64,000 bases of DNA, taken from the NCBI GenBank assembly GCA_946186275.1, contig CAMHMO010000001.1, forward strand, positions 139,735 through 203,734, given 5' to 3'. This stretch comes from an uncultured Verrucomicrobiota bacterium (lineage in GTDB: Bacteria; Verrucomicrobiota; Verrucomicrobiia; Opitutales; UBA9783). Within the stretch, counting starts at the first letter, position 1. Every line of letters begins with the position of its first letter. Shown one piece after another: positions 9,965 through 19,343 of the stretch. Both the position numbers and the translations under genes were made by a program. The notes under the pieces are model-generated. The model saw nothing but the letters and a program-made list of their open reading frames with translations, ran no database searches and was not told the origin of the DNA.

Positions 9965-10508
9965 TGTTTTTTTATTGTTTATCCTTTGACCTGCCCCAAA
10001 CCGAGTCCCCCTCGCTTCGGGATAAGTTCAAAAAGAAAGATTTATAAGGAAAATTCAACGGTACGGCTTAACGCCATCCGTAGAAATAATATGAGGTCGC
10101 CGCAAAAAATCGCGACGCTTTCGTAAATCGAATAAAACTAAACGACCTCACGCTTTTTATTGAAGAGAGAAAACATCCTCTGTCAACGGTTTTTGTAAAA
10201 AATTAAAGGAATTTTCCGATTTTTGGAAAAATAAGCGATAGAAGCGGATAAAAAGATATTTTTTTTAATTAACCAGTTGATAAAATAATGGGAAATTTTC
10301 TGCCAGGATGATTTCAGCACTTTGCAGAGCGGAACGACTTTATGCCATGTCAGACTTGCAAACTAAAGGTCCTTGGTTTGAATTTGGGTTTTGTATCTGT
10401 GGAGGCTGTTCCTTCTATCTATTACCTTCGTCAAAGGTGTAAAGTGAAGATGGATTTGTTTTTTTGTTTGTATTTGCAGCTTACGAACTCTACTCTGAAG
10501 CAAGTGTG

Positions 10509-11630
10509 ATGAATATCCCTTATTTTCGATACGATTTCCTATACAAGGAGTTTAAAACAGACATAGATGAAGCCCTCCGAAATGTCTTAGATAAAGGCGC
10601 TTTTATTCTACAACAGGAGCTCAGAGATTTCGAAAAAGCGATTGCGGATTTTACTGGTGCGAAGCACGTCATCGGCGTCGGAAACGGAACCGACAGTCTG
10701 ATATTGATGATGAAGGCTTGCGGGATCCAACCCGGTGATGAGGTAATTATGCCTTCTCATACGTTTATTGCCACGGCAACCGCCGCGGGTTGGTTAGGGG
10801 CAATCCCGGTTCTTATCGACTGTAGAGATGACCATTTGATGGATGTAAGCAAGATTGAGGCGGCAATCACTTCAAAAACAAAAGTCATTATGCCGACGCA
10901 ACTGAACGGACGCACCTGCGAGATGGACAAATTGCAGGAAATTGCCGACAAACACGGGTTAATCATACTGGAAGATGCCGCACAAGCCTTAGGTTCCAAG
11001 TATTTGGGTCGTTGTGCCGGAACCTGGGGTAAGGCGGGTTCCATCAGTCTGTATCCGGCAAAAGTTTTAGGGTGTTTCGGGGACGGCGGAATGGTTTTAA
11101 CGGATGATGACAAAATTGCGCATGATATTTTTTGCATGCGGGATCACGGACGCGATCCGAAAACCAATCGGGTTTGCATGTGGGGTATTAATACGCGCCT
11201 GGACAATCTTCAAGCTGCGGTGTTGTTAGCTAAATTCAAACATTACCGCAAAACAATGCAACGCCGTCGTGAGATTGCTCAGCGTTACTGTGAACGATTA
11301 TCGAAAATCCCGGAAATCATTCTTCCGCCAGCTCCGAATGATGCAGATACACGGCATTGCGATGTTTACCAAAATTTTGAGATAGAGGTAGGAGAGCGTG
11401 ATGACTTGCGGAATTATTTGCAAGCAAACGGCATCGGTACCCTTATCCAGTGGGGAGGAAGGGCAGTGCATCAGATAACGGAATTGAAAGATAGTATGCG
11501 TTTTGATGTTAGTAATCTGCAAAGAACGGAGTTACTGTTTAAGCGTTGTCTGATGCTACCACTCAATATGTCCGTTTCGGATGATGAAGTCGATTATATT
11601 TGTGAAAAAATTGAAGCATTTTATAAATAA
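10509..11630 (+). CDS. DegT/DnrJ/EryC1/StrS-family PLP-dependent sugar aminotransferase
   Basis: Trimmed to MNIPYFRYDF (ATG 10509). Family hallmarks: GVGNGTDSL, PSHTFIATA, ILEDAAQALG, SLYPAKVLGCFGDGGMVLTDD. Confidence 0.85.
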   Translation: MNIPYFRYDFLYKEFKTDIDEALRNVLDKGAFILQQELRDFEKAIADFTGAKHVIGVGNGTDSLILMMKACGIQPGDEVIMPSHTFIATATAAGWLGAIPVLIDCRDDHLMDVSKIEAAITSKTKVIMPTQLNGRTCEMDKLQEIADKHGLIILEDAAQALGSKYLGRCAGTWGKAGSISLYPAKVLGCFGDGGMVLTDDDKIAHDIFCMRDHGRDPKTNRVCMWGINTRLDNLQAAVLLAKFKHYRKTMQRRREIAQRYCERLSKIPEIILPPAPNDADTRHCDVYQNFEIEVGERDDLRNYLQANGIGTLIQWGGRAVHQITELKDSMRFDVSNLQRTELLFKRCLMLPLNMSVSDDEVDYICEKIEAFYK

Positions 11631-11639
11631 GGATAATGA

Positions 11640-12479
11640 ATGAAAATAGATGAATATTTGAAAGATTTACCAGCGACAAGAGATGAAACTTGGTTTAATA
11701 ATCTAGACAGTCGAAAAAAGGAAGAGGCGTCTTTTCACGATTATGTACGGGCTGAAGAGGCGGTTAAAGGTGAGGCCGGGAAAAGAAGAAATTTAAAATT
11801 TTATAAAATTACGTGGAAATCGAAAGCATACGTACGCTCTTGGTTAAGAAAACATGTAATCGGGAAGGTTTTTTTGGATTATGCGTGTGGCGATGGGAGA
11901 CATTCGGAGGATGTTCTGAAAACATCCTGTCAAAGGCTTTTGGTGGGTTTGGATATTTCTTCGGAATCCATAAAGATTTGTAATGATAAACTGGGTCATA
12001 TTAATCCCAAATGTAAAAAATATTTCATTCAGGGAGATTGTGAGAACACGGGGTTCCCCGACAACTCCTTTAACATCATTCTTTGTTCTGAGGTGCTCCA
12101 TCATCTTGATTTGCACCGTGCTTTTTCGGAATTATATCGCATCCTGAGTCCGGGAGGGCGTATCCTTTGTGTCGAGGCACTTGGCATTAACCCTATTATT
12201 CAGTGGTACAGAAACAAGACCCCTGACTTGAGAACGGAATTTGAAACACATCACATTTTAACGCCAAAAGCCTTTAAAATTGCAGAGGATTGCGGATTTG
12301 TAGTAGAGGAGGTGAAGTATTGGCACTTGTTCGCGATTCCGTCAGCTTTTTTCTACACAAATAAATTTTTATTCAATGTCTTGTTAAACATAGGGAATGC
12401 TTTGGATTGTGTATTTTTAAAAATTCCAGGATTTCAAAAGTTGGCGTGGCAATTCACTTTTGTTTTGCGCAAAAGGTGA
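11640..12479 (+). CDS. Class I SAM-dependent methyltransferase
   Basis: Motif I VFLDYACGDGRHS; post-I/II DISSESI, ILCSEVLHHL; LSPGGRILCVE. Confidence 0.75.
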   Translation: MKIDEYLKDLPATRDETWFNNLDSRKKEEASFHDYVRAEEAVKGEAGKRRNLKFYKITWKSKAYVRSWLRKHVIGKVFLDYACGDGRHSEDVLKTSCQRLLVGLDISSESIKICNDKLGHINPKCKKYFIQGDCENTGFPDNSFNIILCSEVLHHLDLHRAFSELYRILSPGGRILCVEALGINPIIQWYRNKTPDLRTEFETHHILTPKAFKIAEDCGFVVEEVKYWHLFAIPSAFFYTNKFLFNVLLNIGNALDCVFLKIPGFQKLAWQFTFVLRKR

Positions 12480-12604
12480 AGAGTATGGAAATTAGCGTGA
12501 CAAAGGGGTATTACGCGGTATTTTTTAGATGCCATGTAATGTAGGCAATATTGGTAAGTTTTCATAGCAAACGCGCGTGAGAAATTGTCTTTCAGCATAA
12601 GCTT

Positions 12605-13618
12605 TTGTATGTTTCGATGTTTGATTTTTTCTCAAAAGAGTATCTATTGGAAACTGAGATGCGCGGGGACATAGCTGTAAGGATTTTAAGGAGAATTATC
12701 ACAATCCGTGAAACCGAAGAGTTTATTGCCAGAAAAATAGAATCGGGAGATATAAGATGTCCATGCCATTTGGCGGTAGGGCAAGAAGCAACACCTTCTG
12801 TTTTGGCTGAATTTTTAAATCCAGAAGATCGCGTTTACGGTACGCATCGATCACACCATCAGTACCTCGCAGTTACAGATGACGTAGAGGGATTGTTGGC
12901 TGAAGTACTTGGGAAAAAGAACGGATGCGCTAAAGGGATGGGTGGATCGCAACACTTAATAAATATTGAGAAGGGCTTTGGCGGCTCGGTTCCGATTGTT
13001 GGCGGAACCATCCCGATTGCCTGTGGAGCCGCCTTAGCGATGAAGTTAAAAGATAATAGGAGTATCGCGATCCCATTTTTTGGCGATGGAGCCACCGAAG
13101 AAGGTGTTTTCCATGAAAGTTTAAACCTTGCAAGCGTCATGAAACTTCCCGTATGTTTCATTGCCGAGAATAATTTATTTGCCAGTCATTTACATATTTT
13201 GGAACGTCAACCGGAAACCTCGTTGTGCAGGTTCGCAAAAGCGCATTTAATTGAGAACATCCAACTGGACGGGAATGATGTCATTAGTCTGTATGATCAT
13301 TTAAAGCAGATTATCCGTTATGTTCGCGATGAACGCCTTCCTTACTTCGTTGAAGTTATGACTTACAGATGGAAAGGTCATGTCGGATATCGCGAAGATC
13401 TGGATGTCGGTGTGAAACGTAAAGAGGATTTATCGATTTGGAAAACAGAAAAAGATCCGATCGGGAGATTACTTTCAAAGTATGAGTCGCTCAAAGATAC
13501 CTATGAAAACTTTATCCGAGAAGTTCACAAAAGAATAGAAAAAGCTTGGGAGTTTGCCAAGCAATCTGATTACGCGGATAAAGATTTTTTGTTAAGTTGC
13601 GTGTACTGCGAGGATTAG
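12605..13618 (+). CDS. Thiamine-diphosphate-dependent 2-oxoacid dehydrogenase E1 alpha-like subunit
   Basis: ThDP-binding motif FFGDGATEEGVFHESLNLASVMKLPVCFIAENN; overall colinear with PDH/acetoin dehydrogenase E1 alpha. Confidence 0.8.
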   Translation: MYVSMFDFFSKEYLLETEMRGDIAVRILRRIITIRETEEFIARKIESGDIRCPCHLAVGQEATPSVLAEFLNPEDRVYGTHRSHHQYLAVTDDVEGLLAEVLGKKNGCAKGMGGSQHLINIEKGFGGSVPIVGGTIPIACGAALAMKLKDNRSIAIPFFGDGATEEGVFHESLNLASVMKLPVCFIAENNLFASHLHILERQPETSLCRFAKAHLIENIQLDGNDVISLYDHLKQIIRYVRDERLPYFVEVMTYRWKGHVGYREDLDVGVKRKEDLSIWKTEKDPIGRLLSKYESLKDTYENFIREVHKRIEKAWEFAKQSDYADKDFLLSCVYCED

Positions 13619-13621
13619 GAT

Positions 13622-14602
13622 ATGAAAATAACTTACGCGGAAGGAATTCGGCTGGGATTTGAGTATTTGCTTGAAAATTACAAAGACGTTTTTGTTATCG
13701 GACAGGGGGTTTGGAGTCCTTGGTATGTAGGTTCCTCCATGGAAGGTTTGGACAAAAAATTCGGTCGCGAACGTGTTATTGACACCCCTGTATCCGAAAA
13801 TGCGGTTACTGGACTTTGTGTGGGAGCCGCTTTGAACGGTATGCGTCCCATATGTGTGCATCCCCGTATGGATTTTGCCGTTTTGTGTCTTGATCAATTG
13901 GTGAACGAAGCCGCAAAGTGGCGTCATATGTTCGGCGGTCAAGTAAAAATACCAATGGTTGCGCGGTTAATCATCAATCGGGGTGGCGAACAGGGGGCTC
14001 AACATTCACAAGCACTGCAGTCATGGTTGGCGCATATACCCGGATTGCGAGTGGTGATACCTTACACCCCGAATGATGCCAGGGATTTGCTGATTTCGGC
14101 AACTTTGTGCGATGATCCCGTTGTTTATATCGATGATCGTTGGTTATACGAACAACAAGAGGAAGCAAAGCCTATTCAAATATATTCTTTATCAAAAGAA
14201 GCACTGAAGTGTATTCACGAAGGCACCGATATAACATTGGTCGGCTCAGGATACACTTCTCTGTTATGCAAAAATGCTTGCGAAAAACTTAAAGACGTCA
14301 TTTCGTGTGATGTTTTTGATCTGCGGATTCTTAACCCGATGAATTTACAACCAGTATTCGAATCCGTAAAAAAAACGGGGCGTTTGTTAGTCGTCGACGG
14401 AGGTTGGTCATCTTGTGGAGTGGCATCGGAAGTGATTGCACGGGTTGTCGAACATTTGCGTGATGTGACTGTTCTAAAATGCGCTCCGCGGCACATAACT
14501 TTAAAGAATGCTCCGGCACCTACAAGCAGATACTTAGAACAGATATATTATCCCAACGTGGAGGATGCGTGTAAAACGATTTTGGATATGGTGAAGATGT
14601 GA
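13622..14602 (+). CDS. E1 beta-like (transketolase pyrimidine-binding plus C-terminal domain) subunit
   Basis: RVIDTPVSENAVTGLCVGAALNGMRPI.., GAQHSQALQSWLAHIPGLRVV; starts 4 nt after the alpha subunit. Confidence 0.8.
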   Translation: MKITYAEGIRLGFEYLLENYKDVFVIGQGVWSPWYVGSSMEGLDKKFGRERVIDTPVSENAVTGLCVGAALNGMRPICVHPRMDFAVLCLDQLVNEAAKWRHMFGGQVKIPMVARLIINRGGEQGAQHSQALQSWLAHIPGLRVVIPYTPNDARDLLISATLCDDPVVYIDDRWLYEQQEEAKPIQIYSLSKEALKCIHEGTDITLVGSGYTSLLCKNACEKLKDVISCDVFDLRILNPMNLQPVFESVKKTGRLLVVDGGWSSCGVASEVIARVVEHLRDVTVLKCAPRHITLKNAPAPTSRYLEQIYYPNVEDACKTILDMVKM

Positions 14603-15327
14603 TTCGTTTTCTTAACTATATCTTGTGTCTGTTAATAGCAATTGCTGTATTGCCGATCATTTTGTTTTTTTCGTTTTTGATTTATTTGTATGATTTCCAT
14701 AATCCGTTTTACATTTCGGTTCGTATAGGCAAAAACGGCAAATCTTTCAAAATGATAAAGTTGCGTTCCATGTGTGTCGATTCATGGAAGTACAAAGCTG
14801 ATACTACCGCAAATGACGACCCTCGCATCACGCCTATTGGACGAATAGTGCGCAGGTATAAAATAGATGAATTACCACAAATTGTTAATGTCCTCAAAGG
14901 AGATATTTGTATTGTCGGACCAAGACCTCAGGTTGAGACGGAAGTTAATCGTTATACATCGGTGGAAAGGGGTATCTTAAAGGTAAAGCCAGGGATAACA
15001 GATATCTCTTCTATTGTTATTGCCGATCTTGGCAACATTAGTAACGGAGTAAAAGATCCGGATTTGTTTTACGCACAGATTGTGCGTCCTTGGAAGTCCC
15101 GATTGGCACTTTTATATGTAGAGCATGCTTCAATTTGGTTGGATTTACGGTTAATGTTTTACACATTTACAAATATGTTTGCTAGAAAGTGGACTTTGGA
15201 CAAATTGTCAAAAATCGTTCGTCAATGGAAATATGATGTCAAGGACTTACCTGAAATTGTTGCGCGGCGTAAAAACTTATATGCGTATTCTGTTCCTGGG
15301 GCAGATAAAATTGTGGAGGCACCATAG
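14599..15327 (+). CDS. Bacterial sugar transferase (polyprenyl-phosphate hexose-1-phosphate transferase, WbaP/PglC-like)
   Basis: N-terminal TM helix, then DPRITPIGRIVRRYKIDELPQIVNVLKGDICIVGPRP. The GTG start overlaps the E1 beta stop. Confidence 0.85.
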   Translation: MIRFLNYILCLLIAIAVLPIILFFSFLIYLYDFHNPFYISVRIGKNGKSFKMIKLRSMCVDSWKYKADTTANDDPRITPIGRIVRRYKIDELPQIVNVLKGDICIVGPRPQVETEVNRYTSVERGILKVKPGITDISSIVIADLGNISNGVKDPDLFYAQIVRPWKSRLALLYVEHASIWLDLRLMFYTFTNMFARKWTLDKLSKIVRQWKYDVKDLPEIVARRKNLYAYSVPGADKIVEAP

Positions 15328-15378
15328 ATTGTAGAAGGAAGATCCTCTGAGAAGAAAATTTCTTATGCGCTTTCACAC

Positions 15379-16110
15379 CTACCCCAATTTAACCTTCAGA
15401 TCGTTAACCGTATCAAATTCCGCCCAATGATTTCGAATCGGAACACCGAAAACGGGAAAGTTTTGTTCGATAAGGTATTGCAAGAAATCCGTCGTGTAAG
15501 CATTTTTGTAATTTAAATGCAAATTTTTAAACGTTTCGTAATGCTGCTTGAATACTTTCACGTGCGTTGAGGAAATCTTAAACAACCCGATATATTGCCC
15601 CTGAATATCCTCCAAGGTTTTCGGCTTTTTGCCCAATTCGAAAATCCGACGTGTTTTCATATCCCAACGAAACGTTTCGGCATCTTTCAACGGCTCATCC
15701 ATGCGAGATTGCCAATAACGCCGCCAATCGACATCCGTAACGATACTGCACGGATCCTTCGATTGAAGCAATTTCTCCAATGCCGAAGCGTGGTAGATAA
15801 TATCTCCGTAGCTTACGATGATATCGCCGTCGTCCGTCATGTGTTCTTCGGCGTAAAACAAGCTGTAAAGCATGTTCGTCGTTGCGAATTCTTTATTGAC
15901 GACAACGGGATATTGTTGAGGCAAGGCATCGCTGCGGTATCCGCCGATGAGCGTGATGTTTTTCAGATTAAATTGCTTAAAAACTTCCAGTTGGTATTGC
16001 AAAAGCAGCTTTCCAAGATAAGAAACCAGGCATTTCGGTTGATTTTCCGTATAAGGACGCAAACGTTTCCCTTCGCCGGCGCAAAGAATAAAAATTTTAA
16101 CTTCTTTCAT
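15379..16110 (-). CDS. Nucleotidyltransferase (cytidylyltransferase fold; Cj1416-like candidate)
   Basis: N-terminal ILCAGEGKRLRPYTENQPKCLV signature of NTP-transferases. Overlaps the upstream amidotransferase-fold gene by 14 nt. Confidence 0.75.
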   Translation of the reverse strand: MKEVKIFILCAGEGKRLRPYTENQPKCLVSYLGKLLLQYQLEVFKQFNLKNITLIGGYRSDALPQQYPVVVNKEFATTNMLYSLFYAEEHMTDDGDIIVSYGDIIYHASALEKLLQSKDPCSIVTDVDWRRYWQSRMDEPLKDAETFRWDMKTRRIFELGKKPKTLEDIQGQYIGLFKISSTHVKVFKQHYETFKNLHLNYKNAYTTDFLQYLIEQNFPVFGVPIRNHWAEFDTVNDLKVKLG

Positions 16111-16729
16111 AAAATCTTTTCAAAAAAGCGCCGAACCAATCCAAATAAGGTACTCTCTCGGGATGCCACATGAAAGTGACAATCGGCAAAGTTGAATGAT
16201 ACATGGCTTCGCAATGGCCTTCCTTATCCGTAGCAAAACTTAAAAATTCTTCGGGAATTTTATCCAACGTAAAACGATGAAAAGAATTTACTTCAAACGT
16301 TTTTTGAGGAATTCCGTAAGGATTTGAATGCACGAAAATATCATGACGAACGTTAACGTGTCCTTCAATGTTCACCAAGGTTGCGCCGAAATACCGACCG
16401 ATAAACTGCATCCCGTGGCAAATACCCAAAAGAGGCATCTTGTGTTCTACGCAGTAATCAATACAATCCCTTTCGCATCGATCGCGCGTCGGATGTTCAT
16501 CACCGCCGCTCATCAGAATGCCGTCCAACGAAAGTGCTTCAATGAAATCACCGACACGGCACACATTCGGAATGGGAACCGCCAGGCAATCGTTCGTCCA
16601 CAGGAATTCCGTCCAATTTTGATCCAACGCATCGCGGGTTTCCCCGAGAGTTTCGAGGTATTCTACGCGCTGAGTAATACCAATTCTTAACATTTTTATC
16701 CGAGAACCGTCAGTTGATGTGTTGCACAA
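16097..16729 (-). CDS. Class I glutamine amidotransferase-fold hydrolase (peptidase C26/PuuD-like; Cj1417-like candidate)
   Basis: Nucleophile elbow PLLGICHGMQFIG and His/Glu motif FMWHPE. Confidence 0.75.
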   Translation of the reverse strand: MCNTSTDGSRIKMLRIGITQRVEYLETLGETRDALDQNWTEFLWTNDCLAVPIPNVCRVGDFIEALSLDGILMSGGDEHPTRDRCERDCIDYCVEHKMPLLGICHGMQFIGRYFGATLVNIEGHVNVRHDIFVHSNPYGIPQKTFEVNSFHRFTLDKIPEEFLSFATDKEGHCEAMYHSTLPIVTFMWHPERVPYLDWFGAFLKRFYERS

Positions 16730-19319
16730 TCCAACCGAACCAATCGCGCAAACTTCAGCTTATTAAAAAGACTTTCGCCGACACCGATGCTCGCCGGCAG
16801 GTTGAATTCCGAAGCACGAATTGCCATGTGCGAATTCGGTCCGCCGTAAGCGGTTATCAATCCGCCGATGTTGTAATTAAAGATCCAATCGAACCCGGGA
16901 TCCGCTTGTTCGACGAGAACAATTTTACCGCTCAACAAGCTTCCGTCCGTTGTTTCGGAATGTTCCAAATAAACAACTTCCGCTTCAATCGTTCCGTTGG
17001 CGATAAAATTAGGCAGTGTTTTAGGGACAAAAAAGGCATAAAAATCATCCCCTTTCGTAATCAACGGCGGCAACTCGATACTTTGAGTGATAAGATTATA
17101 CTCCTTACCCTGCGCAATAACCGCCTTTAACAACGATGCGGTATCCTCCCGCATGGAAAGACCGTTGCGGATATCTTCAAATAAACCGACAGAAACGTGC
17201 GACATTGCTTCCGCGTCGAAACCGTACTCTTCACCGATTGCTTTAATAAGGTCAAGAATTTCGGAAACGTAGCGCGTAAAGATAAACTTCGAGTATTCCC
17301 GACCGGAAACGGCATGCGATATAAATCGATAAAATTCATCCAAAGAAACACCGAACGTTTCCCGCAACGCATGTTCCAAATTTTTACTCGGAACATATTT
17401 TTTCTCGGGTTGCAGTCGCTCTTTTTCGCGGTTGCAACCGAAAATAGATATTTATTCGGATCGGAACGGTACGCCGGCGACGTAATATCGTAAGTACCTG
17501 GACGTAAATGTCCGTATTTGTGAATACAGCTTTCTTTCGAAATTTCGCCGTTTAACGCCCGTCGGATTTCATCGAAAAACTGCCCCGTAACGGTTTTGAT
17601 GCCGCCCGTAATCTGCATTTTTTCTTCTTCCGTCAGAAGACCTTTTGCGACAAAAGATTTCAAAAAGGAACTGGCAATAAAGCCGCAACGCGCCAAATGG
17701 GAAAAATTAAGTGTTCTGGCGCGACACGTTTGAAGCAAAACGTAAATTTTATCCAACGGTTTTAAGTCGGAAGCATCAATCCGATCAAATTGATGTTCAA
17801 TCGCCTGCATTTCCGCATAACAACGCTCGCAAATTTCGAAAGCATTTTTCGTTAACGTCAACAAAGCCTCTTTGTACGTCAAAAATTCTTCCTCCGAAAG
17901 CCCCGCCTCCGTCGTCAATAACCCATGCCAACGATCTTCAAAATCGACCGTATAACACGTCGGCATCACCATGAATTCCAATTTATCGTGCCAAGCGGAA
18001 TTTTGTTTCAGACGCCGAACGAAATAATCAACCAATTTCCCGGTCGTTTCATCGGAAAGAACATTCGGCAAAAACGAGTGCACACTCGCCCTCACATCTA
18101 CATAAGGATGGCCGACGAAATTGACGATCAGCGGATACGGTCGAACATCTTTGTAACCGAATTCGGCGCGTTGTTGCGCCCAAATATCGTTCGTAATAAG
18201 ATGTTGGTAAAGAGAAACGGCTAACCGACGCGGTTTAACACCGATAATTTCCGCCGGATTCCAGTCCGGCATTACACCGAAAATCGTTTCTTTCCCTCGA
18301 ATATCGGGATGGGCAATTTGGTAATCTTCAAAGCGTCGTTCCGCATCTGCCAAATAGTTCTGCAAACTTTCGTCGGTAACCTCCCGCAATTTTTGAGAAG
18401 CGATCGGTCTGACCTGGAAAACATACAATTCATCGTCATCGGTGACAGCGAACTCGACATCCAATGCATCGAATTGCACCAACGTCTCAATCTCCCGAAC
18501 CGCTTCGAATAATTTTGAGTAAAAACTCGGCGCGCTTGGCGGAATTTTCGCATACTCCCAATGGTAAAACGTTTCGTCGGATTTACTGAAACCGCTCGTA
18601 ACGGCAGCGGTATCCTTTTGCGCGTAATTGATAACGTAATAAGGTGCTCCGTACGTAAGCGTTCGCGTAAAAATAACGCCGCTGAGCTTCACGTTGTGCA
18701 ACATCGGCTGGATTAAAACCTGATCCGCGGAATTTTGGTTTCCGTAAGACGCAATGACCACATCGATCGCCTGTCGCAGTGCCTCCGAAGTCGGTTGAAC
18801 ATTGAGAAGACTTTCAAACTTCCCGGCATTGGCGGTGACAAATCCGTCCTCACGCAGAGAACTGCTTCTGACAACGAGCGTTTGCGAACCAAAATGCTTT
18901 AAAACATCTTCAAGAATTGCTTGCGGATTCTCGCGCCACTGACGTACAGAACAACAAACTTGCTCCAAAATATGAGCCTTGGTTACCTTCCCCTGTAACG
19001 TGTGCAACGTTTGTGCCTTTGTGGTCAGGACAAATTTTGCAACCCCATTCGGACTTAAAACTTCCGTCCATAACCCGTGCGCATCCAAAAAACGAACATT
19101 GCAATTCCTCTTTTGCAAACAACGAACCACTTCGGATAAACGATAATCCCTCACTTCGTCGCAAAAACAGGCATTTTCCTTCAAAATTTTTAACGCTTGC
19201 GGTCTAAAGTAAACGCAACCGACGAACGGATAATGAATTTTATCGATGCAAATCGTTTCGTAATCCTCCTTCGTTTTTAACAGTGACAAATCCAAATCAA
19301 GGGCAACAACGATATTCAT
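16696..19319 (-). pseudogene. PEP-utilising-enzyme family protein (PPDK_N ATP-grasp plus phosphohistidine swivel domain; Cj1418 glutamine-kinase-like), split by a frameshift
   Basis: ORF 17127..19319 has the ATP-grasp part (LVVRSSSLREDGFVTANAGKFESL) and turns to nonsense after ..SDCNPRK. ORF 16696..17379 carries the swivel domain with GGPNSHMAIRASEFNLPA. Adding one base to the T6 run at 17398..17403 joins them (..DCNPRKKYVPSKNLEHALRETFG..). This could instead be a homopolymer sequencing error. Confidence 0.6.
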
Positions 19320-19343
19320 GCGTTTTCAAGTATCCATCTGTAA

